Program-made: the position numbers and the translations under genes
Part shown: in pieces, positions 12,870-25,668 of the stretch
Layout of the letters: each line of letters begins with the position of its first letter
How positions within the stretch are numbered: the first letter of the stretch is position 1
NCBI GenBank assembly: GCA_010909165.1
Contig: VJWM01000103.1
Span: 558,001-622,000 of the forward strand
DNA length: 64,000 bases
Reading direction: 5' to 3'
Source of the DNA: Anthoceros angustus
Taxonomy: Eukaryota; Plantae; Anthocerotophyta
The notes under the pieces: generated by a model
The model's input: the letters and a program-made list of their open reading frames with translations, nothing else
Databases searched by the model: none
Told to the model about the DNA's origin: nothing

Positions 12870-14246
12870 CTACTTCATCTTGTCACCCACTCGCTCTCCA
12901 ACTCCTTTGGGTCTGAATTCCGGGTGAGCTTGCCAGCATGCTGCCTCCGTGTGGCCTGTCTTGGCGCAGGTCCTACACACCTCCTTTTCCTTGGCTCCCC
13001 CCACTCGAAATTCACATTCAAAGGCTTTGTGTGGACCCCTACATCGCAGTGCACTTGGCTGCCTTGGTGCCGATGGCACTATTGGTGGCGCTCCTTGGCG
13101 CGATCGCCTCCCAATGTTCCCTTGTGTCTGATCACGATAGGAACCCCTTCCTTGTGGTCTTTGTGAATGCGTAGTGTGTTGCTGCCCTCTCACCAGATTG
13201 TGTTCTTCCCAATACGCACTGGTCACAGCATCTCCTCTCATGACTCTTTCCGCCATTTCATAGGCCTGCTCCAGCTCATAGTCTGCGCCATGAAGCATGT
13301 GCAGGAAGTTGGCAATTACCCTTCTCTGCCTTCCTGGAAGAGCGGCTATGTAGATTTGTGCGGCTTCCCGCATGGTCTTGACCCGTGTGTCTTTACCAGC
13401 TGTCATAATCTCAGGTATGCTGTTCTAAGGCTCGTTGGGCTTGATGCTGAATCTCGACAGCTCCTGGATCTTCTCTATAGAGGATACGGGGAACATCTCC
13501 GCAAACTTGTTGAACATTTCATCTACCAAGAATGTGATGGCACCGCTATGCATCGACGATGTTCCCTCTTCATCTCCTTCAAAGTCCTTTTGGCTCTGTC
13601 TGTCCGCGCTAAGGATCGGGCATCTTGTAAAATCTAATCCTTGCAATCGCGATAACATGTAAGAGCCTCTCCTGCCAGGAACGTGCTCATCTTCCTCAAG
13701 GCCATCTCAAGGGTAAACTCCGACTTGTACTTGAGCACCATTTCATCAATAGCCCATCTGAATTTTTCTTCGAAGTCAGCCAGCGACATGCTACCGTGCC
13801 GACCCGTGAACACATCATTCTTACTCGGTGCTGGCTCATACTCCATTCTGACCTCGCCTTCGCTGTCTTCAAATGCTATGGAGCGGATGGGACTTTGGTT
13901 CCACTCAAACTGGCCACCGCTCCTGCGCACCACAGGGTGTTGAATGGTGGGGCTGCGAGCTTCCTACACCGGGGTACTCTCGTTTGTCCAGCCTGATCGT
14001 AAGAGCACCATTACCGTGTCAATCCCGCCCCCTGCGTGACACTATGTACGGCATTGCGTCAAAGTTAGTGTTGGTCCCTTCGTTAGTCCAGTCCGCTAGC
14101 CAGGCCAACTTATCAACCACCTCCTCCCACAGCCTTCGCCACAGGTAGGCAGGCTCTATCTCTGCCAAAACGGCTAATTCAGCGATGGAATGACCAGCAT
14201 AAAATAGCAAGGAGAAATCCACAGTGATCTCGTCACGGTCCACCAT
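12870..14246 (-). pseudogene. Retrotransposon gag (unit 1) with stops/frameshifts and two zinc knuckles
   Basis: Fragments MSLADFEEKFRWAIDEMVLKY..., FNKFAEMFPVSSIEKIQELSRF..., RCRGPHKAFEC and CRTCAKTGHTEAAC (CX2CX4HX4C). Confidence 0.75.
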
Positions 14247-15104
14247 CTACTTAGCTGGTTTGGTGTTCGTGGACCCCCTTCGGCTACGTATTGCCTGGGC
14301 GCTCCACGGGCCTCACTACGTTGGCAGTTGCAATGTCGAACTCCAGAAGAAAAGGGATTGCTGATGTGCAAAACTTGTTCGGCGTCCCCCGTGGGCACAC
14401 CCGTTGAATTCACAAACCGGCACACATTGCACAAACACTTCTCAAGCTTCCTCCCCGATGCCCTTCTCATTCCGAGCCGCACACCAACCGCCCATCCGGG
14501 CGTATGCGATTACGTCTATGAACAAACATCGCAATCCGCCCACTCCCGGATTGCCGCCTCTTTATCTCCTTCGCTGGCACCGCGCCATCAATCGCGGCGA
14601 CTTGCTTGATGAGCGCGATGCCGTGATCTCGGCGAAACCACAATCTTGCCGTGATTATGGTTCGGCGCTCTAAACTTGGCGCTATAATACCCCGCCCGTA
14701 TCAGATGGGGTTATACATGCCCATCATCACCCATGCCCATGCATGTGAGCATGCGCCACACCCATCCGCATGCATGATAACCATCGTGATGCGCCAGCAA
14801 AGAAGAGCTCCATATTGGGCGATTTCCTTCGCGGAGTTCACATGCTCGTGGATCCTCCAACCGCCTCAAGGATTTGGGCATTTTGGGTTGACTCCTAGTC
14901 CCCATCCGCTTTTCCTTGGCTGCCTCCCCATATCGACACCACCTTCAAGACCATGGGTCATCCCTACGGTCATCAACGCGATACTTCTTGGTCCGAATCG
15001 TATTCTTCCAAGGCGTGTCACGCTGCTCTTGATGTGTTGACACTCATCGCCAGCTGTTCTCGCACCTGCACCTCATCGAGAAGCGCCTGTGTAGCCTGCC
15101 TACT

Positions 15105-16410
15105 TCATCTTGTCACCCACTCGCCTCCAACTCCTTTGGGTCTGAATTCCGGGTGAGCTTGCCAGCATGCTGCCTCCGTGTGGCCTGTCTTGGCGCAGGT
15201 CCTACACACCTCCTTTTCCTTGGCTCCCCCCACTCGAAATTCACATTCAAAGGCTTTGTGTGGACCCCTACATCGCAGGCACTTGACGGCTGCCTTGGTG
15301 CTGATGGCACTATTGGCTGGGCGCTCCTTGGCAGGCGACTGCCTCCTCCCAATGTTCCCTTGTGTCTGATCACGATAGGAACCCCTTCCTTGTGGTCTTT
15401 GTGAATGCGTAGTGTGTTGCTGCCCTCTCACCGGTTGTGTTCTTCCCACACGACCGGTCACAGATCTCCTCTCATGACTCTTCCGCCATTTCATAGGCTG
15501 CTCCGGCTCATAGTCCGCGCATGAAGCATGTGAAGTTGGCAATTACCCTTCTCTGCCTTCCTGGAAGAGCGGCTATGTAGATTTGTGCGGCTTCCCGCAT
15601 GGTCTTGACCCGTGTCTTTACCACCATAATCTCGTATGTCGCTCTAAGGCTCGGCTTGATGTCAATCTCGGCCTCGGATCTTCTCTATAGAGGATACGGG
15701 GAACATCTCCGCAAACTTGTTGAACATTTCATCTACCAAGAATGTGATGGCAGCTGCTTGCGTTGTACTGGACGATGTTCCCTCTTCATCTCCCTTCAAA
15801 GTCCTTTTGGCTCTGTCTGTCCGCGCTAAGGATCGGGCATCTTGTAAAATCTAATCCTTGCAATCGCGATAACATGTAAGAGCCTCTCCTGCCAGGAACG
15901 TGCTCATCTTCCTCAAGGCCATCTCAAGGGTAAACTCCGACTTGTACTTGAGCACCATTTCATCAATAGCCCATCCGAATTTTTCTTCAAGTCACCACGA
16001 CATGCTACTGCGACCCGTGAACACATCATTCTTACCGGCCGGCTCATACTCCATTCTCGACCTCGCCTGTCTTCAAATGCTATGGAGCGGATGGGACTTT
16101 GGTTCCACTCAACCGCCACCGCCTCCCGCGCACCACGTGGTGTTGAATGGTGCGAGCTTCCTACACCGGGTACTCGCTTGTCCACGATCGTAAGAGCACC
16201 ATTACCGTGTCAATCCCGCCTGCGTGACACTATGTACGCATTGCGTCAAAGTTAGTGTTGGTCCCTTCGTTAGTCCACCAGCCAGCCAACTTATCAACCA
16301 CCTCCTCCCACCTTCGCCATGTGTAGGTGCTCTATCTCCGCCAAACGGCTAATGGAATGACCAGCATAAAATAGCAAGGAGAAATCCATGATCTCCACGG
16401 TCCACCATCT
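15105..16410 (-). pseudogene. Retrotransposon gag (unit 2), indel-rich copy of unit 1
   Basis: Near-identical to 12870-14246 with many 1-3 bp indels; contains KCLRCRGPHKAFEC and CRTCAKTGHTEAAC. Confidence 0.7.
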
Positions 16411-19400
16411 ACTTAGCTGGTTTGGTGTTCGTGGACCCCTTCGCCACGTATTGCGGGCGCCCACGGCCTCACTACGCTGGCGCTTGCAATGTCGAACTCA
16501 AGAAAAGGGATTGCGATGTGCAAACTTGTTGAACATTTCATCAATAGCCCATCCGGAATCATCGAGGCACACCTGCTGAATTCACAAACCGCACACATTG
16601 CACAAACACTTCTCAAGCTTCCTCCCGATGCCCTTCTCATTCCGAGCCGACACCAACCGCCCATCCGGAACCGTATGGCTGTTCTGTCTATGAACAAACA
16701 TCAGCAATCCGCCCACTCCCGCGGATTGCTGCCTCTTTTATCTCCTTTCGCTTGGCACCGCTCGCCATCAATCGCGGGCGACTTGCTTGATGAGCGCGCG
16801 ATGCCGCCCGTGATCTCGGCGGAAACCACAATCTTGCCGTGATTATGGTTCGGCGCTCCAAACTTGGCTGCTATAATACCCCGTCTGTATCGGAGATGGG
16901 GTTATACATGCCCATCATCACCCATGCCCATGCATGTGAGCATGCGCTCACACCCATCCGCACGCATGATAACCATCGCATGCGTCAGCACCTCCATGCC
17001 ATGACATACCCCAGAATCATCGAGGGCACAGCCACACTCGTAAGTAAGGAGCGAAGAAGCCACAGGCTGGAACAAGCCAAGATGGAATGGCATCACAATA
17101 GTGAAGGTGGTTGGTGTGATATGAAAACCTCGTATGCATAGGTAGGCCAGTAGCCAAGCACCTGCGCCCTTCCCAGAACAAGATCGGAGCCACGCTCTTG
17201 TGGGCCTGAGGATGGAGAGGTCCTGGAGGATGCATCGAAAGCTCGGCCGAGCGCTTCGAGGATGCCGCAACCCCCTGAAACCAGCAGTAATAACTGTCGA
17301 GAAAGGAGGGAAGTCCTTCCGAGCATCCAATGATAACATGTCAAGGACGTTTGGAGAGAGAAGGTTCCCTCCTCCACACTTGATACCAGATCCTCCAGAA
17401 AGGGCATGTCATGGAGGATGAAACGAGAAGCCAAAGCAGGGGCAGAGAGGGTCCAACTGCCCAAGAAAGCCGCCGGGGAAGAGACCTCCAACGAGAGCAG
17501 ACCTGTGCCTCCAAATTGCACCGGCAGGGACGCTCGCCAGCGGGCCAGATCGCCCACAGGGCACTCAAAAGCCTCTGAGCCCAGAATGTCCCCAAGAGTA
17601 TCCATAATCTTCCTATCAAACCGCTGCAGCTGGGACAAAATGGCCGAGGACAGAGGCAGCGTACGGATAAGGTAACAAGGTGCTATAAGTAGATACATCC
17701 AAAAAATTTATGATAACCTATTATGTGGATGTAAAGAAATGAGCGAGAGAAAATAATTATATAAGATCATCCTTGTAATTTCTTTTAACAAGAGCGGTGC
17801 TATTTGTAGGAAGCAGAAAAAAGTGAATGGACACATAACTTCTACGCTAGGTATATTATATTCCTAGCTTAACTCTATGTAATGATACACATATAGATCG
17901 CTTACTTTTAGCTTATGTAAGTGTATCATAGGATGCAAGTAATCCTTAAACCTTGAGGTGCAAGACTTGATCTCCTCAAAGTTGAGACCTTGTTTCAATA
18001 TTTAGTTCAATATTCAGCATGGAGAAATTATATTTGTGTTTATCTTGAACTCCTTGATAACAATGGTAAGAACAAAGAAATGAACCTCTAACAAGAACCA
18101 AATCATCATTTTTCTATGTCTTTCCCTGCATCTATCAATAATGTAATCACCATCATGATCATTTCCGTGATCATCCACATGATGTAAATCTTTGTGCAAT
18201 GGATTATCTTCCACCCCAAAATCTGTGTTCAAGGTTTTAGTTGCGTCCACTAGCGCTTCCATCACCCCTACAGCCTAATTAGATAAGCTATGGCCGTGCC
18301 CTTCCATCTCACTAACGTGAAGGGTGATGCTCTCGCCTAGGTCCATTAGCATCTCGCTCAACTTCAAGACATTGACATCTACATGAATGTTCCAGGTTGT
18401 TAGTGACTCTATGCTTTTGTGGTCAAATCTTTGGTGTTTGATTTTCGAAGCCATCCTTATTAAATAGTTTAGGGAACTAAAACCCAGTTATAACAACACC
18501 CAAGTTGTAGACACTAGCTCACCAAGCCCAAGCCTAAGACTTTATATAGCCATGATGATCCATCACCCAAGTCGTGGATAAAATAACTGAGCCATGTTCT
18601 TTCTCTCAGTAGATAGATCTAGAAAATTTTGTGATGGGGTGCTAAATGCATGTAAAGAAATTATTCATGTTACTCATAAGTGTATACCAATGAGAGAAAT
18701 ATTTATATAGCATTAGGTAAAAGGCGGAGGACAAAGAATTGCTTAGGGTCATCCTTGTAATTGGTTTTTCCAAGAGCGGAATTTTTTGCAGTCAAGACAG
18801 CAAAGATCGCATGAACATCCAGACATTATATCACTACCAAAAACTTATCCAGACATAAGATCATTGGAACATCTAGACATCCAGACATGAGTTCATTGGA
18901 ACTCCACAATGAATCGTCCTTTAGACGAATCGATGCTTGGAAGGGGTGCCACCCATATAGCCATACGAAGCCTCCTGTCATAAACATCATGCCCTCATCC
19001 CCGCAATATGTGGGGCCTTTACGAGGTTACTCCAAATCAAAATCCTCTTACAGGACGTTGATATATACTTTGAAATATCTATGAAGTCTCTGAATCTACT
19101 AAAAAAGACCATAGATACGATAGCCCTTTTGTAGGCAAGATACCCAAGCACATACATCAGGCAATCCCAGAGGCCACTAAAACTTTGATAAAGATGGAAC
19201 ATGACAACACATATTGGATCGTAAAGTTTCACGAAATGGAATGCACATGCTTTATGCGGAAACATAATAAACTTAAGTAAAGATTCGTAAATGGTGCACA
19301 TACCAAAACCGTGTAGTTAACCGTGTACCAAAACCGTGCACACCAAAAATCTTTATACAATAAGTTAACTTTTTCACAAAATAAACTCACATCCTTAAAC

Positions 19401-20449
19401 ATAAGATGGGCTATGGAAAAATTATGATGTTTTCCAACACCTCAAGCTCTTGTTCATAACTCCGAACTACTTAGATATGTTGAATCCCACCTATTGTTAA
19501 CTACTATCAACTCAACTTGACTTAATCATGAGTGGTTAGGATTGGAGAGACACTGCCATGGGGAGGTGTACATTCTTCCTTATATGGGTTACATTCGAGG
19601 TACATTTAGGGCTGATTGCATGGTTTTGGTTTCCATAGATAAATTCCCAAGCCTGTTCAGAAAGAATCAAATATGACTTATGCTCGCATTGATCTTGTGA
19701 CATCTTGTCTATGGTTGATAGTAGTGTCAACACAAAGTTTTGGATCTAGAATTTTCCATCTTCAATTGGATCAATCCCTACACATATTAAGGTACAAATT
19801 ACAATTTTTCCCATCTATGTAAAGATCGTCGTCTCCCAATACCCAAACAACATATGTGAGCAATCCATCATGAACAGCCAAGTTCCTGGTTCAACAACTA
19901 TTAGTTACAAACAAGGGAAACAACAGTTTTAAATAGTTAAAAAACACAGAATTCCAACAAGACGTTCTTCAATTATTTTTGAATGATTAAACAAAATCTA
20001 AAACAACATATTTTTCGCACTATGTCATTACTTACAATCTATATTCCATACACTCACATTATTTGCGTTATGAAGAGACAATTGATAGCTGGTATCACTG
20101 TGGGCAGACACTTAAGTTGCAGACACTTGCCCACCAAAGCTTAAGACACCAAGCCCAAGCTAAGCTACGCTGAAAAGCGACATTTTTGGCAAGGAAACAT
20201 TTGCCTATGGAACATGGCCAATGAAACGGCATCGGATAAAATGAAATTCAAATGATGTAATGAAAATCAATATTACCATTCCGTTCATGGCTGCCTATGC
20301 AAATGTGTTTCTAGTTTGATTTGTATAATTCGCAGTTCATATCCCATTAAGTTCTTGATGAACTGAACTGTTTTTCCTATCTGGCATTAGTTATTGTATA
20401 TAGTTCAGTTCGACCAGTTCGACCAAATTGCAAGTCTACAGGTATAGAT

Positions 20450-20869
20450 CCTAAGAATAGGAGAATGCAGGCAAACCGCCTCTTCATCCTCCTTGCCTTG
20501 GAGACAATTATGCGGCATTGGCTAAAGACTTTGATAAATTTATCAAGTCCTGTGCTAAAGCATACCATGCAAGGAGATATGGAGTAGGGCTCCCTCTCTC
20601 CTATTTCATTGCTTTTTTTCGGCAACGGGTATCCATTGGCCTCCAAAAGGCACTTGCTGGAGCTTTCTTATGGACAACAACCTAGACATGCATCCTCGAC
20701 TAGTTCAGTAATATGTACGCCATTTAATCTCCCTAGTTATGATATTGTAGGCACTGTAAATGACTGTAGACATGGAGCTTAGTTGCTCCTTCTTTACTAT
20801 GATCCTTAGGGCCTCCTTTGATATCCTTCAGTGGATGGGTTCACCCATCTCCTATTTCCTGAATAAAAA
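20450..20869 (+). mobile_element. Second, more decayed 3' fragment of the same CRE-like family, in opposite orientation
   Basis: Translates to NRLFILLALET..ALAKDFDKFIKSCAKAYH, versus GHLFIPLALKTYGAMAEDFNKFVKSCAKAYH in the first copy. The 3'UTR aligns (GAGCTYAGTTGCTCCT...TGGATGGG) and ends in AATAAAAA. Confidence 0.75.
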
Positions 20870-21714
20870 TATGTGATTATAGCATATTGAGATAAAGAAT
20901 GTGATTTAATCAAAAATTTCTTGGTTTTCTCATTATGAACTACGTTCCCAAAAATTTACTACACTTTTATCACAATTGATTGAAAATTTTAATTCAATTA
21001 AAAATAAATATAATCTATAATTTCCATATTGTAATAGCGATGCATCTTCGATGATCCCAACGACATGGCTTTCCACCCCCATTTACAACGTCTCTGGGTA
21101 CCTAGAGATACAGAGCATACAGTGACCCTCGAGTTTGCCCAATAGTAGATATATCATGGTAGATGAATATATCCCAGCTTTGCGTTAGTCTAACGCATTC
21201 TCTCAAAACCAGGTGCCTCATTGAATAGGTACCAAGTCCTTCGAGACATTTGATAAAATTGAAACGATTCCACCCTTGGTAGACATACAATAGAATTGTC
21301 ATTGTTGTTGACAAACAAAGACATTTACATCAGTGGGTAATCTGAGGAGGGGTACACTGAGTTGTGCGTAACAGAAGCCCGCGAAGCCAGTTCGAACTGG
21401 GACCAGCCTTGGCGTGGGTAAAAAGCGTTGGACGTCGCTCTCGCAAGCAACGGCCGTTTTCTTCTGAGTATTAGAAGTTCCAACAGTGCTCTGCAGCCGC
21501 CAGCATGATTACGACTCTCTGCGGAGGGTTTCATGCGTCTCTCGGGCCTAATTTTTATTGCACCTTTCTGGGTGCAGGTTTGATGCAGGGGCAGTGGTCG
21601 TGGAGATCCAGCACTCGGTGTAGAATTGAGTGGTCTCGGCAAATTGGAGCATGCGGCCCACAATAGAAAACTTAGCCGAAATAGCCCAGGACTAATTGCT
21701 GACACTAGCTCAGT

Positions 21715-24700
21715 ATGTCGACTGCCAAGAGCAGGCTGCATGCCTACCTTCTGAGCAAAGGGCAGCCGGCCACCTACACCACGCAGGCTATTCGAGAACC
21801 AACAGGGCCTGGATTGCCGGGATTGGTGCCAATGCGTACTGTCTTCGTCAGCACGGTAAATTTGCCGGACAGTTCCACACACACTTCGGGAGCTTTTGCA
21901 CGCAAAAAAGATGCTGAGCAAGACGCTGCGAGAATTGCTTTGGAGCAGGTTTGCATCTGGACTCTACAGTTTGCAGTGTGCCGTGATTGGAGGAATAGTC
22001 ACACGTGGGTTGTGGTTGACTGGGGTGCAGCTAGGTCTCAATAAAGAGCCAGCCGCAGAGAAACTCGAGACAGAAGAGGAGAAGTGGGCAGCCTTACGTG
22101 AACGTGTTGTTGCTTCTTTTGCTGATCAGGTTCGTTGCTTGGTTTTGCAATGCTGCAGTAGTTTGTCGTGTGAAAGCTGGGTAAGGCGTGGTTTGACTCT
22201 CCTTAGGGGTCCAACTTGTTTGTGGACGTGCTGAATCTTCTGATTTTGGAACCTGTCTTGTCGTTTATTTTTTTTATGGAATTCTCCCCAGCTTTTGTGC
22301 AGAAATGGTAACCAGCGTCTTGGAAATGCAGTGTGTTCTTAGTTACAGACCGCTCATGGAGCATTTCAGGTCATCAATACGGGTGAAGACTGAGCAAAGG
22401 GGGCATGTACCTGCCTCGGCGTTATCTGCCCTCAATACCAAGATCCATACTATTTGCAAGGCCATAGACCCGTCGTCAGACTTGAGTCCGGCACGTGCTG
22501 TTGCGCTGGTGTTTGAAGCAGCTAAGACATGCCCTACTCTAGATGTACACGAGGACAGCCTTTGCATTAGCAATAAGCAGGTTTATGGCTCTCATGTTGA
22601 AGACGAGCTACTCATGGGAAGGCGGGTACTTGACAAACTGGGACAAGATAACATGTCAACTCAAACAAGTCTGGGGCAATCCCTTTTATCACAGGACACC
22701 AAGCAGTTCGAAGTGGTGTACATTCCTGCCTCCCTGGAGAAGATGGTTAAGTCCTTGCAAATTAATCTGGGAGCTGATGAGTATTACATGGATGCATTTG
22801 CAGGATTCTTGGGCTGCCGACACTCTGGTCACGTGCTCATGTCAAGGTAAGCCACCTCATCCACGCTCAATCACAGAAACTCATTCTTACCAGCTCATCT
22901 AATAAGGTTCAGGGGTGGAGCTGCAGGACTGTAGCAAAGACAAAAGGAAATAACGGAATACGTCTGTATTGGCAAGGTCCAGCCTCTTTGTTAGAAAGCA
23001 CGGCGGATTTTCTATCTGTTGGGAGCAGGTCCCAGGAATTGTCTCATCAGCATCAAAACAACAGAGCAAGCATTCTGACAGGCTATCCTGTGTATGGCGA
23101 TGCTATTCTGGCATCTGCTGGCTCCGACTGGAGATCAGAAGGAATATTGAGCTGCGAGGATGTGAGCCTTGCTTGCTATTACAGGTGCCTAACCTCATCC
23201 CATGGTGGTCCTTATCTGCTGCTTTGTATGGTATTAAATGTCAAGTTGACGTTACGCTGTCTTCTGTGCATGGATTGGTATTCATTTGCTGTGGTACTTC
23301 TGGGCTGAGAGGTTGTTGTTCTTGACGCAGGTTGGTATTGGGTAAGTCTCCTGAAGGAAGCTACAAACTTAGCAGAGATGCAGTGCTTGCAGCTGAGCTG
23401 CCCTCCACATACACCTCCAGGAATCAGTGGCGTGGAGGATTGCCTCGGTCCATTCTGACTGACTTCTGCAAGCAGCAGCGTCTGGCAGAGCCTTCTTTTT
23501 GGTTCTGTTCTGACAACTCAGATGCAGCTCTGGAGAATGGGCCTATGAATGGCTCTTTCGACAGCAGTGAAGCAGACCTAACTAGCCCCAGCATTAATTT
23601 AGCTTCTGATAATGATCTCATGCCTGAGAAAGAGCATGCTGGACCTTTTAGGTGCAAAGTCAAAGTGACTTGGAAGGATGGGACAACCATTGAGCACTCG
23701 TCGGAGGGGTTTTTCAGAAGTCAAACTGATGCAAAGCACAGTGCATCTTTGAAGGCATTAGCGCAAATGGCATCACTGTTCAGCTCCTCTTCGTACCTTT
23801 TGGACTATCATCATCCATTCAGGGTGGTACAGTGGAATCTCAATGGATATAGGTGCTATCCTGAAAGTGGTATGCTTCTCGGAGTTGTAAAGGGTTGTAA
23901 TTCTGAGACAGGTGTGCAAATAGTTGGTGAGGGTAATTGTACTGGGAAGTTACCCAGTCCTGGGTCAGTGGTCTGTATCAACTATACTGTACACATTCAA
24001 GCACTGCCTTCTAAAGAGTTTGTGCCAGTTGAGGCATGTGACAATTTTGAGTTTGAACTTGGGACAAATGCTGTGGTACCCCAGCTGGAGTTTTGTGTAG
24101 CTAATATGAGTGTGGGACAGGCCGCCAGTTTTTTTATCCCTTCTCCTGCCCATGGTCTTTTGCTGGCCACTTGCGAGGGTTTAGCTGATGAATCTGGGAA
24201 TCTTCATACAAGTAAGTTTTTGGGGACTGTACATGGTTCGATGCCTGGTACTCTATAGCTATAGAGTTCTATTCGGTGACAAAAAAGGTGGGTGGCCTAA
24301 GGTGACTCTACAAATTGTTAGCTTGTCTGATAACTGACATTCTTTTTGCCTGTGTAGGCGGATTGTTGAAATACACGGTGAAGCTGACGTCATATCAAGA
24401 GCCACCTGAGGACAGAATGGAACGTGCACATTTTTCCCCTCCTCTTTCAAAGCAGAGGATGGAGTTTGCATTGAAATTGATTCATGCTGCAGACGCAAAG
24501 TCACTGGTAACATGATGCCTTATACCTGCAGATGTGGTTCTGTTTTAGTTTCTCTGGACGCTGGTTTTGCAAGTGAGGTTTACTGATGGTGCATGGACTG
24601 TTCTGACCTCTTACCTTGATCCAATCAGATTGATATAGGCTGCGGTTCAGGAAGCTTGTTGGATGTCATGATTGAGCATCCGTCTTCTCTAGAAAAGATC

Positions 24701-25493
24701 TCAGGAGTTGACATTTCACAAAGGAGTCTTGTGCGGGCAGCTAAGGTTTGGGGTGCTTCTACGACTGTGATCCCTCTTCTTGTTATCTACATCATACTCA
24801 GTGCGCCTTATTCGTCCTACATTGCAGTCCGTGGATATGAAGCTCACCAAGCTGCAACATGATGCGACAGTAAACTTTATCGATGTGACATTGTACGAAG
24901 GTAACATTGCAGATTTCGATCCTCGCCTCAGGAGTCCAGACATTGCCACTTGTGTCGAGGTAATTGATAGTGTTTCATCCTTGGTGACTGATAGTGGAAT
25001 GTCTGTAGCTAGAAACTGAACACTATATCTGAAGCAGGTTGTGGAGCACATGGATCCAGAGCCGTTGTCACTTTTTGGGGAGGTCGTTTTGGGACGGCTA
25101 TCACCAAAAGTCCTCTTGGTGTCCACACCCAATATTGAGTACAACCCAGTGCTGCAGGGACTTCCTTGGAATGGTTCCACTGACTTCGCTCATGTAAAAT
25201 TAAGAAACGACGACCACAGATTCGAGTGGACACGGGCTGAGTTTCAAGCCTGGGCAGATGGATTGGCTGCCAAGTTTGGCTACCGTGTCGAATATAGCGG
25301 GGTTGGAGGAACCGGAGAGGAAGACGGCCCTGGTTTTGCGTCTCAGATCGCCGTTTTCACTTGCCTTGATGGTCATTCACAATCATCCTATTACGGCTTT
25401 AATGAAGAGGTTAATGCTGCTCTAGAAGTTCCGGTCGAAGACCTTCCATACAATGTGGTGTATTCCTGGAGGGGCAAGGCGGAAGTTGCTTGA
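21715..25493 (+). CDS. HEN1: HEN1 small-RNA 2'-O-methyltransferase (multi-exon)
   Basis: dsRBD1 (FARKKDAEQDAARIAL), La-containing region, SRTVAK..RLYW / NRASILTG..GDAILAS, dsRBD2 (WRGGLPRSILTDFC), FKBP-like domain (FEFELGTNAV) and MTase (LIDIGCGSGSLL, VVEHM, STPNIEYN, RNDDHRFEWTR). Confidence 0.95.
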
Positions 25494-25668
25494 ATCAGGC
25501 CTCTTCGTTTTAGAGGTTGCAGGGCAGCTTCTCGGACCCTGCAGCTTCTCTGTAGCAGTTGAGTGTAATGGAGGGCAAGGTGGGGAGTTTGTATACTAAA
25601 CAGCCTCGTCTGTTCTGTCTGGACACGAATGTGTGCCCCTTTTTTTGTCAAAACAGGGTTGTCGCAGC

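Larger units (their letters stand above)
11945..17006 (-). mobile_element. LTR-retrotransposon-derived, gag-only element with internal ~2.27-kb tandem units; TG...CA ends, 4-bp TSD TACC
   Basis: Termini TGTCGCGCC...GCCATGACA are flanked by TACC at 11941-11944 and 17007-17010. A ~455-bp block recurs at ~12097, ~14368 and ~16520, separated by gag-bearing segments. Removing the element and one TACC restores the CRE reading frame (D-S-G-V-H-L-A). Confidence 0.85.
11251..17679 (-). mobile_element. 5'-truncated CRE-like non-LTR retrotransposon (RLE type), interrupted by a nested insertion
   Basis: Minus-strand ORF 17093-17698 has post-RT motifs (YLIRTLP, ASLPVQFGGTGL, AAFLGSW), followed by WLRSCSGKGAGAWL..CGCALDDSGV. 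After removing 11945-17006 it continues HLARCPHEGHRIATHDAIR..RADL..VDVVV..K.CKY..FIPLALKTYG (CCHC plus PD-(D/E)xK endonuclease). The 3' end is AATAAAAAAAA at 11251-11261. A possible degenerate TSD is GTGCTATAGGAG (11239-11250) / GTGCTATAAGTAG (17680-17692). Confidence 0.85.

Noticed and set aside
12097-16990. Block A as a self-standing LTR (A-B-A-B-A as a tandem LTR element inside another insertion), or a DIRS/Ngaro split-repeat element
   Set aside because: There is no TSD at the A boundaries and no PBS/PPT, whereas the outer TG...CA ends carry a clean TSD. DIRS-type elements make no TSD, and no tyrosine recombinase is present.
17700-20300. hAT/Mutator transposase remnants in the AT-rich tract (e.g. 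18014-18600, 19530-19900)
   Set aside because: Only vague peptide resemblance, with no catalytic motif, TIR or TSD that I could verify; probably old TE debris but not assignable.
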